NCBI RefSeq assembly: GCF_009914755.1
Contig: NC_060926.1
DNA: 64,000 bases
DNA from: the human T2T-CHM13v2.0 reference genome, Homo sapiens
Strand: one strand, 5' to 3'
Both the position numbers and the translations under genes were made by a program. Shown one piece after another: positions 15,960 through 33,862 of this stretch (positions within the stretch are counted from its first letter, which is position 1; each line of letters starts with the position of its first letter). The notes below the pieces were generated by a model. It had not been told where the DNA came from, ran no database searches, and worked only from the letters and a program-made list of their open reading frames with translations.

Positions 15960-16535
15960 TTTTTTAAATTTATTAAAAAAATTTTTTGGGGGGACAGGGT
16001 CTCGCTTTGTCATCCAGGCTGGAGTGTAGTGGTGCCATCTCAGCTCACTGCTACCTCCATCTTTCACGTTTAAGAGATTATTGTGCCTCAGCCTCCAGAG
16101 TAGCTGAGATACAGGTGTGCCCCACCACACCCAGCTAATTTTTGCATTTTGTAGTAGAGACAAGGTTTCGCCATGTTGGCCAGGCTGGTCTAGATCTCCT
16201 GGCCTCAAGTAATCCCCCTGCCTCTGCTTCCCAAAGTGCTGGGATTACAGGTGTGAGCCACCGCTCCCAGCCATTTTTCAGAGACAGCCTATCACCTAGG
16301 CTGGAGTGCAGTGGCATGATCATAGCTCACTGTGGCTTGGAATTCCTAGGCTCAAGCAATCCTTCTACTTTAGCCCCCTGAGAAGTTAGGACTACACGTG
16401 TGCATCACAATGCCTGGCTAAGTTTTTCTTTTTTTCTTCTTCTTTTCTTTTCTTTTTTTTCTTTCTTTCTTTTTTTTTTTTTTTTTTTTTTTTTGTTTTG
16501 TAGAGGTAGGGTCTTGCTTTGTTGCTTAGGCTGGT
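15960..16535 (-). mobile_element. two adjacent reverse Alus (15960-16272; AluJ-like partial 16275-16535)
   Basis: Reverse Alu motifs; expanded T-rich linker at 16422-16499. Confidence 0.9.
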
Positions 16536-16559
16536 ACATACAATAAATTCTTACAATTG

Positions 16560-16780
16560 TCCATGTGATAGTTCAAATACTTTATGTGTATTAAATCATT
16601 AATCATCACAACTATTAAAGGGACAGAATATTACTCTCTCCATTTTAACGATGAGTAAACTAAGGTACAGAGAGCTTAGGACACTTTTCCAAGGTCAAAG
16701 AGCTTACAAGTGGTGAAGTTAGGATTTGAACCCTGGTATACATGAACTCTACAACCTATGCTCTTACCCCCTACATTCAT
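16560..16780. mobile_element. MIR
   Basis: ccattttaacgatgagtaaactaaggtacagagag core. Confidence 0.75.
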
Positions 16781-17638
16781 AATAAGGCTAGGAAAACTGT
16801 CAGGAAAAAAAATTCCCCAAAGCTCTATTTATATGACTAGTATACATTTTCATTAACTCTCTTAGATTTTTATGGCTACACCAGTTTCCCTTTTTAAAGG
16901 ATGACTCAAAATATATTTAAGTTCCGTGTCCTAAGAGTCACTTACTATTGCTATCTCTCAGCTCTTAAAAAATTCCCTATTTTGATTTAAAATTAACTTA
17001 CAATACTCTTAGGAAAATATTTAAGGGTTAGAGAATAACAGCATGACTAAGATATTATGGCATCTTTTGTTGTAACGTGTGGCCTAAAAGAACTATTCAT
17101 TATGTCAACTGATACTTGGACATGCCTTTGGCACACATGCACCCTTGGCTTCTTTGTATACAGAAATACATGCTCCTTCAAGAATACTTAAATATTTCAA
17201 AGCACTTCCCCAAGTGTGCTTCCACCCTGAAGACCACATTATAGTCTGGGTCTTTTCCAGTCACGACAAAACTCATCCCATTGATACATATGTACACCAA
17301 TAAAAAGGGGCCCATCTTGTGTTCCTGTGTTTCCTAACAGCTCTGATAGATGTACAGCAAAGACAGACTCTGGGCCTTCACACATTGGAGCATCAATTTA
17401 AGAACATCTTAACTGTGAAATTTTGGGGAAAGGTCTTCACAAAGGGATAATTTTTAATTGCTGTGAGTTTAGGACCAGTGGCAATCCGGTAAGGCAGACA
17501 AGGCACTTCCTAGGGGAGCAGCACTGCTCTTTATTGCATACATGGTAAGGCTACACATATAACCATGTAGTTGTTTTCCTACCTACTTTTTTTTTTCGCA
17601 AAGAGTTCTATATCTTAAAAAATATATTATGTTTCTTA

Positions 17639-17728
<90 letters not shown>

Positions 17729-17825
17729 TTATTTCATATTAATCCTATTCACATTAGTATTAGTAATAAATCAGAGTTGGACTATTTCAGTTATTTACAA
17801 AGGTGGCTGTACACCCACAGTCTCA

Positions 17826-18215
<390 letters not shown>

Positions 18216-18941
18216 TTAATAGTCACACACATTCTCTTTCCCCCATAAATGATTGCTTGACTATTTAGACACCAAAGCTGTATGGATAGCCTGATGATTT
18301 GGGAAATAGATGAACAGCAGATTTTACACATGAACAGTGTGCTTGCTGGAAATTCAATATGAAGGTTTAAATATCTAGTCAGGAAGTTTTGTTTGTGTGG
18401 TTTTACATGCTGAACAAACATACAAAAAAACTTGGAGTTATTTTTCATTTCAGATTTTGTGTTTCATGCAGCCATTTTCCACCAATCCATTCTTTACTCT
18501 AGCCTCCAAGCAGTAGTAATTTAGAGGAGAAAAGAATTTTAAAATAATGTAAGTCTCATGTCTCATGCCATATACATGCTCTTCAACAATAATATTTTCT
18601 CCTTTGTAAAAGGAGATCCATTTTTGAACTACATCTGCAGCGAATGGTAAAATCCAAATCTGTTAGTAAAGCCATGGTAGTGAAAAAGAGAGAGAGAGAG
18701 CGCAAGAGGCCCAAATTAGCATTTTTTGAAGATGTCTCATGCAATTTTCTGTTAAACTCAAAGGCTGACTTTATAAATACGCATGTAATTTATAAAATTT
18801 TAGGAGCTAAACTGACATTGAAACATCATTTGGCATTATTTAACGGGATGAACTGTAATAATAAGCAACAAGGCTAATGCTGTAAGTCATATAAATTGAT
18901 TTCAAACTCAATAATTAAAGTCAACCTCGGTGTTTAACCTA

Positions 18942-19225
<284 letters not shown>

Positions 19226-19722
19226 CTGCAGAATTAAATCAGAGTTACTGATAGTTTTGGCAAAGTTTATACTAAATAAGGACTTAATGCTGGGTTTGGC
19301 ACATAGAGCCCTGTGAGTTTAACAAATGGAATTGCTATAGACCTCAGGCTGCCATATGCTAAAGGTTGCTTTTAAGAAACAAAATCGTGTTGCTTTATTT
19401 CAATGTAATTTTCACTAATATGAACACATTTGTTTGCAAAACTAATCCAAGTACAGTTGTTGCTATTAAATTGTAGTCAATGAATAACTTCATTTTGATG
19501 AAGAGAAAGACTATATGACATGAAGATAACCCCATTTATTGATCATTTACTGGATATATTTACATTGCAATATGTATTCTAATATGTATTCTTAAAATAC
19601 ACAATCCATATAGTTAACTTGACTAACAAGAAAGCTCTACATTTAATATATGACACAAAGACCTTGTTTGTACTATGACTATTTTCACTCCTTTGCGCTT
19701 ATCAAATTTTCAAAGTTACTCA

Positions 19723-19995
<273 letters not shown>

Positions 19996-20144
19996 TCATT
20001 TAGTTAGTTTTACAAGCCTGAGCAAAGAGTTAAACTGAAGAGAAAATATATTCTTTAGGAATCTAATCTGGTTTAACTATTTGGGTTTTAGAATAATAGT
20101 TTCATGTATCTTATGGATAATCATCTAGTTTGACCTTCTAGCGC

Positions 20145-20360
20145 AGCAGTATCTGATAGAAATGTAATGGAAGCCACAAATGTAATTTTCAAATTCCTAG
20201 TAGCAAGCGAAAAGATGAGAAGAAGCAAGTCAACGTATTTTTTATACTGCATTTTATTTAAACCAATATATCTAAAATATGAAAATTCAACAATTAATAT
20301 TAGCCAAATTTCAAGGTTCCATAGCCATATGTGGCTAGTGGCTTCCTCATCAGACAGTAC
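20145..20360. mobile_element. MER3/MER33-like hAT element
   Basis: atagaaatgtaatggaagccacaaatgtaatttt...catatgtggctagtggct; imperfect terminal inverted repeats. Confidence 0.7.
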
Positions 20361-22207
20361 AACTTTAGAGGCAACATAGCTTGGATTCATTTACTTAAAT
20401 AATAAAATATTTTATTCAAATTTCTTAATGAGTAGACTCATTTTGAGGGCTAGTTTACATGTCTACCATAGAAAATATATTTCTTTTTTTTCAATTTTTA
20501 AGAATCATGTAGAGTTATAAACTGCCCCCCATTTCTCTCTCTTCTTTCTCTCTCTCTGCCCTCCTTCCTCCCACCCTGAGTGTATGTGTGTGTGTGTGCA
20601 TGAGCATGCTGTATAGAGATGTGTGTGTGTGTGTATATATTATCATATGAAATGTTCCAGTTCACTAGTATTTTATATGTGTGTGTTTGCACAAATGCCA
20701 AAATACACGGATACACAAAATTCTTAAATCAAACCTTGCATCAGCTACTATCTCTATGCAATTGGGCTAAATCATTCAAACCTTGCTTAAATTCAATTTT
20801 CAGCCTCCAAAATGGTGGAAGACTTTTCTATTTGCTGTTTAATGTCATGTATTTCTAGCCCTCTTTTCTTTGAGTCTTGACAATATAAGTTATTGCTGTT
20901 TTCGTTTTTTTCCCAAAATAGTTGAGAGTACTTGTTTTTCAACATTGTGTTCTTTAAAAGCACAATTTAAGTTTATTTTTCAGAGCACTTCACCCAAGCC
21001 ACAAAGATTTGATTTACTCATATTAAATTCATTAGATTTTTCAGCCTACCAGTATTTATATATGAAAAATGTTAGGATCATTATTTTGAAATGTTTTCTG
21101 CACAAGTTTCTTTCATATGAGGGAACAAAGACATCAAGAATAATTTATGCAGATATCTTCAAGTCTAGTTTTCTTAAGTACATTCCCTTCCTTTTCTCCC
21201 CCAACAATTCAATTGATCTCATAAGCAATAATTCCTATCTTTACTTATATGAAGTAGCTGACTATTAGGAAGAGATATATTTTACAATATCAAGCTTATG
21301 TTTACTGTGTTGTAGTTTGGATCGTTGTGTGACACACATAATCACCGTGATATTTCTGTCTGTAGAGATAGCTGGCCTTTTAAAGGCCTAGAAACACCAC
21401 ACATGTATGTTCTGTTTCTTGTATTAGTGGTTAGTGCCCTGTGGTTTATGCTGAGGCAATTCTGTCTTATCTATAGAGTTACTAGGAATAAGATTAAAGT
21501 CCCTACTTTTGTTCTTGATTTGGGGAAATTAAGAAAATATGTGGGTACATTTGGAATGTATGGGAAGTGTTCATGGCTGTCCATGGAAGAGAGTCCTAGA
21601 GCCTACTGAGACAGAGCTCTACACAGAATAGGTATTCAAAAATGGTTATTAGTAACTAGGTTGGGCAGGTAAGTGGGAGTCAGGGGACCTTTATCTTTCG
21701 TGGCTATGCCCACACTAGGCTCATAATCAAGCTGTCAATTCTGTCTATGTTCCTGTAACTTTGGTGTTTTAAAACCTTGAAATTTGGCTAATCTTAATTG
21801 TTGAATTTTCATATTTTAAGTATATTGGTTTAAATAAAATGCAGTATAAATAAAATTAAATAAAATGCAGTCTATAGAAGTGCCTTGCCTTATATAACAT
21901 TCCCCTCACTATATAATATGGTTTTGTGTATGCCACATCTTTGTACAGGGACTGTTTCAAATATCGGTGACTTCAGTTTTCATCTCAGAACTAAGTTATC
22001 TTCTGTTTCACTGAACCCAGGGTTTGGGGTAGTAACCACTACTACTTTGCTTTTTTCCTGCTGGCTTGCTTTCAAGCTACTGAAGACAATTGATCAGAAA
22101 ACCTGAGCAAAGTTTTCCAGCTGAATGATGCAAATCAAAAACTTTCTAAAGCTAAGACTGCCTTCATAATGGGTATAATCATCTCTAAGTTATTACTGCT
22201 TCTTTAG

Positions 22208-22460
<253 letters not shown>

Positions 22461-24066
22461 ACTGCCTTCTTTAACTATCTTTTAATAATGTTATACAAAT
22501 AAATGAAATTGATACATGTTTAAATGCTTCAATAATTTCTGCTGGGAAAACCACATACAGAGTAGTCTTACATAGGAGTGTCCATTTTGTTAACTCCAAA
22601 ATCATGTATAGTAAATGAGAGTTCTAAGTTAAATGGCTTTCCTCAATATGGGAGCTGGATTCTCTATTACAATAATTTCTAGGCAGCATTTTGAAGCTAC
22701 TATTTTTTTTTAAATAACATGTTAAATAACTGACAAATAATGGCTTAGAGTGGTACAGTAAATCCTCAGAGAAATCTATAAAAACGGAACTAAAAGTGGC
22801 AGTATTTGTTACACTATCTTATCTCCGATTGTACATTACTTTTAAAAATATAACAATAAAAAGAGCATACTGCATTTTTTACTTAACCAGTCAGATACCT
22901 GATTATTGTATTATACTATATATAAGTAGCCTATATAACCACTTTGTTTCACTAAAAACTATGTTTCTTTGATGCAAATAACCTCATATGTGACTGAAAA
23001 ATAAGAAAATGAAATAATGTTGTTACGATAAAGAAATTGTGTTAGTTCATGCACAGTTTTCCCCAGCATATTGATGTTTTGAAACAATGAAGGGCATTTT
23101 TTCTCACACTTAAATGGAAAATCCCTTGCAATAATAATAATAAAAAGATCTTGATACTAATACACAACATCCACAGAAGTGTTTTCTTTTAGTGCAACAA
23201 GGGCCTGGTTTAACATCCTGAACAACTAATGTGCTTAGACCTTTCTCCATGTATTAAAATACAGAATGAAGCATTTTATTTTGATGAAATCATACAAATA
23301 TCCCCAGTCTCCATTTCAAGGGAGAAAGGATGAGGCCTGGGATATGAGGCCACAAAGAACTCAATGGCTATGATTTTAGGTACAAACATTAGAAAAGAAT
23401 CAACTGGGCAAGTGTCTTTTTATTGGGATTATTATGGTTTCTATGTTGTATTCTAGTTACAAAGTTCCATAAGTTTTACTCTCCCCCAATCATGTTTCCC
23501 CTAAGCCCTGTTATTTTATGAACACAGTTTTATGGAAGACATTTTATTTCTTTTACAGAACACATCTAAGCTGTTTCAGCACACATGTTGTGTATAAAAA
23601 ACTTACATATCTAAATATAACTTAGACATCTTAGATGTATAATTAAGACATCTACTTAATTTAGAGCTAAAAACCTAAATCTATTCTATTCGAATATAAC
23701 AATAATCACTATATACTGGAATAAAATAATTTAATTCATCAAATTACTGAACTGATCACTGTATTTTATCTCAAATGATTAACCATGATTGAGACCTAAT
23801 TTTAGGCTAGGTGATTGGTTTAGTTTACCAGAAAGCATATACTAATTTATAACCTCTCTTTAACAGATATTGTCATGATTTTGTTGGAAAAATACTTACC
23901 TCGTAGAAGAATAGCTCCCCCAAAGAACTTCCCTTATCTTCTTTCATATTATGAAAATAACTTTTTCTTAGACAGAAGTGGAAACCATAAGTCAGGCTAT
24001 ACCCACAAGGAGATTGCTAGAGAATTTGAGTGTGCATTTCTCATTCCCAGAAGTTATTCCTACTTA

Positions 24067-25904
<1,838 letters not shown>

Positions 25905-27432
25905 TTACTAAATTAGACATGGGCTTATTTAAAGAGCTTACATACATGAAGAACTTTTTAAAAAATAGAATTTGTTTGTTCAAACTTGTTTGTTTAAACC
26001 AGTTGATATATCATAACTACAAACATGTTAGATGTTTAAATTAACATATAGTTACAAATAAAGATACTATTTACTATTACCTAATCTATCTCTAAGGTTC
26101 CAACTTGCTGATACAAACTGACAATTCTACACAAATTTTTTTATGGAATTGTAGCGTTACAGATTCCAACTCTATTTAAAGCTTACCATCTGTCTTCAGC
26201 TTTGGTAACTTTTCAGATTACTCTGTACACATTGCTACTAAAATAATCTTTTATAAGTATTTTAATCATATCAAATCTTTTAACTTCAAAGTTTATGATG
26301 GCTTCTGATTGTCCCTGTAGATTTAAAATGTTCAAACAGGTTGAATAATCTGGTTTTGCTGACTATAGATGTGTGAGAAGGGTTCAACTTCTCAGCTAAT
26401 ACTGAAGAGAGATGGATGCATTGAAATTTAGTCTGAAATACACCATTTCAAAGGGCATTCCACAATTAAAATTCTATGATCTGAAAGCTACAATCATCCA
26501 CTTAGTATTAGCTATGCTACAAGTGATTATTTACCATGTTCCTATAGAATCATCTTTTATTTTTTTCCCACTAGAGTCATCTTTGCTATGGCCAATTCAA
26601 TTCAGTTGTCAGCCTCACTCACAACTAGTCAAACTCTCCCTATGACTCTGAATATGAATGTCATAGACTCCTAGAAGAAGGTGGCAACTGAAAGGTCATT
26701 TAATGCAAACTCCCTTCATTTCAGGGAAATGTCTCCACAACACATTACAATATAGTTCCACCTACAGTGACCCCCTATTATGTCAGAGGTTCTTAATCCT
26801 GCCTGAATATTAGGCTGTCCTGTAAAGATTTTAAAATTGCCAATTGAATGAAAATTTCTGAGGGATGGGCACAGATTTGGGTATTTTTAAAACTTTCCTG
26901 AGGCGATTCCAATATGCAATCAAGGTTGAAAATCCCTTCTGTCTGGGAATTTTCTCAGCTATCAATCACCTCCTTAATCATGTCCTTCCAAATAAATCAC
27001 ACTACCTCCTGATCACTCCCTAATTGTTTCTCTTTACCAGTAAGTCTTAGTACATTAATTTGTACTCTTTTACATGTTGCTTGTAATTATAGTCAAGTAG
27101 CAATTTACACAGTGTTCATTCCAGTGAGAACTAGGTTAGAAATTGTTATAAACCATTGAGCATAAAGAGCTTGTAATCTACTTTTTCTCCATTTTTTTCA
27201 CAGTATTTAATAGCCTGGTTTGCAAATAAACACTTGTTTTAATTAAATGTGGGTTTACCTTAAAGATACTATTTACCTTTAAGACATCTATTCTGTATAT
27301 CCATTTACTTAATAATATGTTTCTCTCCTTTAACTAGGGGCTATATGCCATACATTTATGTTCACTGACAACATGCTTTGTTTGAGTAGGTAGACAAAAA
27401 TATTTATATTGTCAGTATAAAGGGCAGGGAAA

Positions 27433-27678
27433 ACAATTTCTCTGTTCATTGCTCTTTTGTATTTAAGACCATGGTGCCAACCATTACTTAACTAACCATT
27501 TTCCAGAAACTGAACAGTTTTTCTGTTCATTATCCCTTTGTGTTTAAGACCATCAAGCCAACCATTATTTAACTAACCATTTTTCAGAAACTACACAGTT
27601 TCTCTGTTCATTGCCTTTTTGTATTTAAGACCATAGAGCCAACCATTACTTAACTAACAATTTTCCAGAAACTGCACA
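27433..27678. repeat. three tandem degenerate 81-bp units
   Basis: tctgttcatt at 27441, 27522 and 27603; shared tttaagaccat and gccaaccatta. Confidence 0.93.
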
Positions 27679-28619
27679 CTATAAATGTGAATAGTTTTAT
27701 GAAGCGGGCAAGCAAACTATTCTTTACTAGCAGTAGGACTGTGTGTAAAGGACAGTGGACCTTGGAAAGACTGTTGTTGAAGCACAGAAGCATTAAAGGG
27801 TTGCCTTGGAGTCACAAGATTAGATTATTTAATATTACAGTTGAACAGTCAAGATCCATTTAGGCATTCAGCAACACAACAGCATAACTTGAAAAAGCTC
27901 ACCGTAATTTAAGGTTCAGGTACTCATGCTCTTTTGAAACAATTTCCCTGAAAAAGCAATTTCTGCTTGCGACATTAGGAGAGAGTTTCATTTTGAACTA
28001 TCTCCAAAAACAGAGTGAACAGCAATAAATTATCCCTTTGAACATGGAACCCTTTGCTCCTCCTGCAAGATTAGCCTTCGTAGTACTAGCGGAATTACAG
28101 CTGACATGCTAAGAGCATCTTCGTTGAATTTATAGGTTCTAAAACAGAGCAGGCCTTAAGACTACAATCCCAGTTTATGTCTCAGGAACAATACCTGACA
28201 CAAAGAGAACCCTGAGTTCTGAGAAATGCAGAATAAAATACTAATGTCCTGCATAGTGAAAGAATTGCAAGAATTTGAAATTATGGGGCTCTGATGATAT
28301 GAAGAGATATACCTAAACTGAAAATTACTTGAGAAAATGACAGATGAATAGGGGAGAGATAGATCGTCATTGCTACAGCTGGAAGTATGTTAAACCAGCT
28401 ATTTTGTACTCTGGAATGTTACTTGCTTCTTTTTCCTAGAATGTTACTTAGATGCACATCTTATAAGTTTACTAAAAGTTTTACTACTTTGTGGCAAGAA
28501 TAAGATTTACATCTCAATGATTAGGACCACATCAATCAGAGAACTCAAAAAATGATGCAGCCAATTTTTTAACTTTCCCTTTTATTTTATTATGTTAATA
28601 AGCATAGTATATAATTTCA

Positions 28620-28850
28620 CTTAGTGGTTAAGAGCTCTGGCTCTGGAGTCGAATGCCTGGACTCAGATCCTGGATTCACCACTTAAGGAGTGTGGCCTTG
28701 AGCAAGTTACCTCATCTCTCTGTGCTTCACTTCCCCATTTACAAACTGAGCTAACAATAGGACCTGCCTCACTGGTTCACTATATAGTAAATGAGTTCAA
28801 GAACTTAGCAGTGCTTGACACAGTATGAGCACAAGAAAAGTTAGTTATGA
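28620..28850. mobile_element. MIR
   Basis: agtggttaagagc...ccttgagcaagttac...cacttccccattt. Confidence 0.8.
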
Positions 28851-29381
28851 TTATCACTGTCACTATTATTAATAGCACCCTGGTCAAATTAAATGCCATT
28901 AAAATACATTGTGATATTACTCATTTAATTAAATTAGGTATTCAAAATGTATCACTAATTAATGATGGTAAAGAGTTACATAATGCTTTAAAGCTTTTAA
29001 ATGCCTTTTACTTGTATTTTTCCATATAATTAACACAGCTTCATAACATATTTTTAAATTCTAAAACTTCCTCCATTAGCTTCTTACTTTACTCCTTCTA
29101 TGCTAAGAATGACAAATTACCTCCTTGTTTAATAGCACCTCAATCTTCATCTTTATGGATACTTCATAAACGAAAGCAGTGCAGCCAACCGTAAAGACTA
29201 TCTAGATGTCTCGCAAGATGGTTCACAGCCACTATGAATAAATCAGGGTCTAAGTCTGGCTCTCAGCCATGGAGGCAATAAAAATTGACTTTGTCAAAAA
29301 CAGAGGACAATTCTGTTTTTTAGTGGCAGACTCACATTAACCAAACTTGAAAACCTGGTATATAAAATAAGAATGCCAACC

Positions 29382-29541
29382 TATTTATTTATTTAGACAG
29401 GACCTCGATCTGTCACCTAGGCTAGAGTGCAGTAGCACAATCATAGCTCACTGCAGCCTCAAACTCCTGACCTCAAGCAATCCTCCTGCCTTGGCCTCTC
29501 GAAGCCCTAGGATTACAGGTGTGGGCCATCATGCCTGGCCT
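29382..29541 (-). mobile_element. FLAM/FRAM-type Alu monomer
   Basis: Single reverse arm. Confidence 0.85.
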
Positions 29542-31429
29542 CCAGTGTATTTATTTACAATGAGATACATTACTTTCATATGGACTGAGATAATTGTAGT
29601 GATGTAATGAGCACGTTCTTTTCTTCAAGCAGGTTTAGGGGAAAACAAATTGTAGTCAGAAGGTTTCTTGCTGAATATGGAGCCCAAGCCAGCTGACCTA
29701 ATCAAATGATGTGGAATGTTTAATAGCATGTGTTAGGTAGTTCAGTGTAGCCCCTCCACAATGAGGTGGCCTGGCCATTGGGAAGAAAATGCTTTCAGTG
29801 CTACTACTAAAGTTCTGTCTCCCTTGGAAAATAGTAACGTTTGCCTCTGTTGTTCTCCTTTTGTTTCCCCCTTAATCTTACCAGCCTGATTGATTCTCTT
29901 TTTTAAGGACACTTCCTTTCTTTAAGTAGCAAATACTTTTAATCATAGCAGAGTAAATCATGCCTCCTTTCTTAAAGATATCTTTACAAACATATCCTTC
30001 AGAGCAACAGTTTTCACCGGATAATATTTTGTCCAATTTCTTGGGGGGTGACTTATTGTAATCATCATAACTACATTTCAAATTTTTCTTTATCAATTCT
30101 ATAGTAAATTGTTGAAATAAGTTATTTTTAGAAGTACATGAATGTATTAAATGTCACCTTTTATGAAACTAGCTATAAAAGGGGAAAAAGGAGACTCTGT
30201 TTAGCTATTTACATGTAGTCTTATGACTTTAAATAAAACATTAAAGCTTGCTATTCAAAGTGTGGCCATGTAACAGCCTGATGATTTGTAAGAAATTCAG
30301 GATCTCTGGCCCTAGCCCAGACCTATGGATTCAGAATCTGCAAATTAAAACATCTTGAGGTAATCTGTATGGATGTGCAAGTTTGAGAAGTACTTATTTA
30401 GAACAACAGGACTAATTCCATGTCTGAATGGTTGTCATTGCCTTTAGCCATCATTGATTTTATAAATTATAAACTTTTAAAAGGATGTGCTTTGACTAAT
30501 AAAGGTGTTTAATATCTTCCATAATCTATAAGTCATCAACTCATGGTGATACTAATTTATCTTTAGTTTCTACATTGAGCTATTTTTACGCTTTTAAGTG
30601 TAAAATATAAATCGTGGTTATAAAATGCCTTAATATCCAATTAGAAAGCATAGAGTATACCACCTATTTTTTATATTTTCTATAAAATATCACCCAGCTA
30701 GTTTAACTATAGAAACCAGCTAATTCTGATACAATTATGCATTTATTTTAGCATTAGGAAAGCACAGTCATAACCACTAATTTAAATCATGTATGGATGG
30801 AGAAAATTTGAAAGTTCTTTCTTTTTGGTCTTCCAATTTTGACATTTTTTTCTTCAGGGTGATGTTTTAATGGTATACATGATCCAGAATCTAGCATGCC
30901 ACAAACTATATAAGGTTAAGAGAAGATCCTAATCATATTCTAGGTTACTGGGGGGGAAAGGAATCTCTGGGTGAACATGCTTCTTCATGTATTGTCTGGC
31001 TACAGGAGGATGCTAAGCAGATTATTTATTGTCCTCTAGAATATAAATTATTGTGAAGGTACATCAAGTCAGTCATGAACTAAAAAATAATTAAGTACAA
31101 CATATGCTCATAATTCTTTTCTGCACAGGTATTATTCTGTAGTCTACCCTGTGCTTGAATATGTCAGCCATAACAGATATTTCACTTTGTTGATATTAAT
31201 TTTAATTTTGACTATCTGAATTATCACTGTGAAATTGTAGAAATCATTCATCTATTCATATTTCCTGACTGTAACCAACTCTTGACTTCATTTCTTATAA
31301 ATGTTTGTTTTATTATATTGTGATAAAAATAAGTGACAGTGAAGAGTATTATAAAATCTTTAACAGAAGAAAAATTGTGATGCTGTATATAAGGCCCAGA
31401 AAAGTATATTACAGTTAAGAGTTTCATTA

Positions 31430-31747
<318 letters not shown>

Positions 31748-32574
31748 TTACGTGTAGCTTCTTGCATACGAATTACCTGCAATAAAAGAAAAATTGCACA
31801 AGAGTTAGGAAAGCAAGCGATTGGGCATAAGAACATCAACCAAAATGTCATTTTTTAGTAACTTTTTAAAGCTATAAACATTAAGTCATGCTTTTAGTAC
31901 TGCACTACACATTTGAACTTGAAAACATCATCATTCAACCTCATTCTCAATAAGCCAAGTTCATAAATCTATCAAAAGTCTGTACTTAATGTTAATTAGT
32001 TTGATTTAGCCATTCTACAATGTACAGTATATATAATATATAAACATTATATTTTACCTCAAGAATATCTATAATTTTGTCCATTTTTTAAAAGCATTTA
32101 AAAAAATTCTGTTTTGACACTGTAAGCCAAAATATAGTATACTTTCAGCAAAAGAGTAATGCCAGTAAAGTTTGTCAATAAAATTGCTTAATTATTCTGC
32201 ATCCTGCCCCCCGCCTTTTCATAACTTTGTAACTCCCCAAATAAAGAAGTACTGGTAACAATACAATTATTGTAATACATCCCTGACTCATACAAATGAG
32301 GATAGAAAATGAAGTTTTGCCAAACCCAACCACTGTTCTCGTTGTCAGCATCATTGACAACTGCTGCTCCAGAAAAGATCTGATCACCAACCAGCAGGGA
32401 CATGGAAGCCACTGCTGCCAGAAAAATCTACCTATCTTTAGTATTTCCTTTCTTTTATTAAGCCAGACTCTGTTTCCTTCTGAGGCAATGGAGAATATGT
32501 TTACTCCTTATTTCAATATGCTGCCCTTCAATTATTCCAAGACAATTTTGACGTTTTCCCTGAATCTTCCATTT

Positions 32575-32800
32575 AGTATAGTGGTTAAAAGCATGGACTC
32601 AGGTGCTACACTGTCCGTTCTAAACCCTGGCTCTGCCGCTTATGAGCTGTGTGATTGTGGACAAAGTAACCCCTTATTGCTTGAATTCATCTATAAAATG
32701 AGGGTAGTAGGGAAACTGACTTCCTGGGTTATCATAAGGAATAAATGAGTTGATTATGTTGTGTCTAGAATAGTTTTTGGAATTAGTAAGCACTATATTA
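32575..32800. mobile_element. MIR
   Basis: tagtggttaaaagcatggactc...catctataaaatgaggg. Confidence 0.75.
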
Positions 32801-33541
32801 TTGTAAACTATCATAATTAAATTATCTTCAGTTTCCCTAGCTATTTTCCCTCTTTTATGGTTTCAGGCATCCTCACAATTCAAACCACTCTTTAAACAAG
32901 TTCTTGCTGTGCTGGAACCACAATTGTGACTACGGAATTAAAGGAATGAACTGAGAAGTGCAGTGTATAGAGGCACACTCACACATGCCGATCACCTGGA
33001 TGAGAAAGAAGGGAAGGCAGACTGATGGAGTGGCCCTGCTCAATTTCTCAGGGAAGGGAACAAAAATCTATTTGCAGGATACATAATAGAACTATCAAAA
33101 CCACAAGAAATCAGCTATGTAAATTTCGAAATATGAGTTATTTTATTTTGCATTATGCCAAAAATCACATTTAAAAAATCAAGATAGATAGAATATAGAA
33201 ACAATGACAAACCAAATAAAATAAGTACATCAGTCATCTTATAAAAGAACCTACCACTATGGCACCAAAGTCATGATCAAAGTCATCTGTGACATTTTCC
33301 CCATTCCTACCATTCCCCTTTGCCCCCACATGTATTCTAGGCTCCGTAGTAGTTTATCCCTAAATGGCCCTCTGATTCTTGGCAGCTCACTACATATATT
33401 TGAGCTTACAATCAGAAGCTCTGGATCTATTAATAACATAAGAAAAACAATATAGCTTATTATGTGTGTGGGGGTTTTTTTGCTTATATCTTAATTACTA
33501 GTTCCCTGATCTATTCCAATGACAAAAAAGTGTTTCTATAA

Positions 33542-33862
<321 letters not shown>

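Noticed and set aside
27433-27678. CRISPR-like reading of the 81-bp array
   Set aside because: Units are contiguous with no unique spacers, the context is a eukaryotic intron, and there are no cas genes.
29876-29890. Strong minus-strand donor CTG|gtaaga in the first coding intron (possible poison exon)
   Set aside because: I could not identify a convincing partner acceptor; isolated donors are common.
32296-32748. 150-aa plus-strand ORF
   Set aside because: Its 3' part is a MIR element; no splice or homology support.
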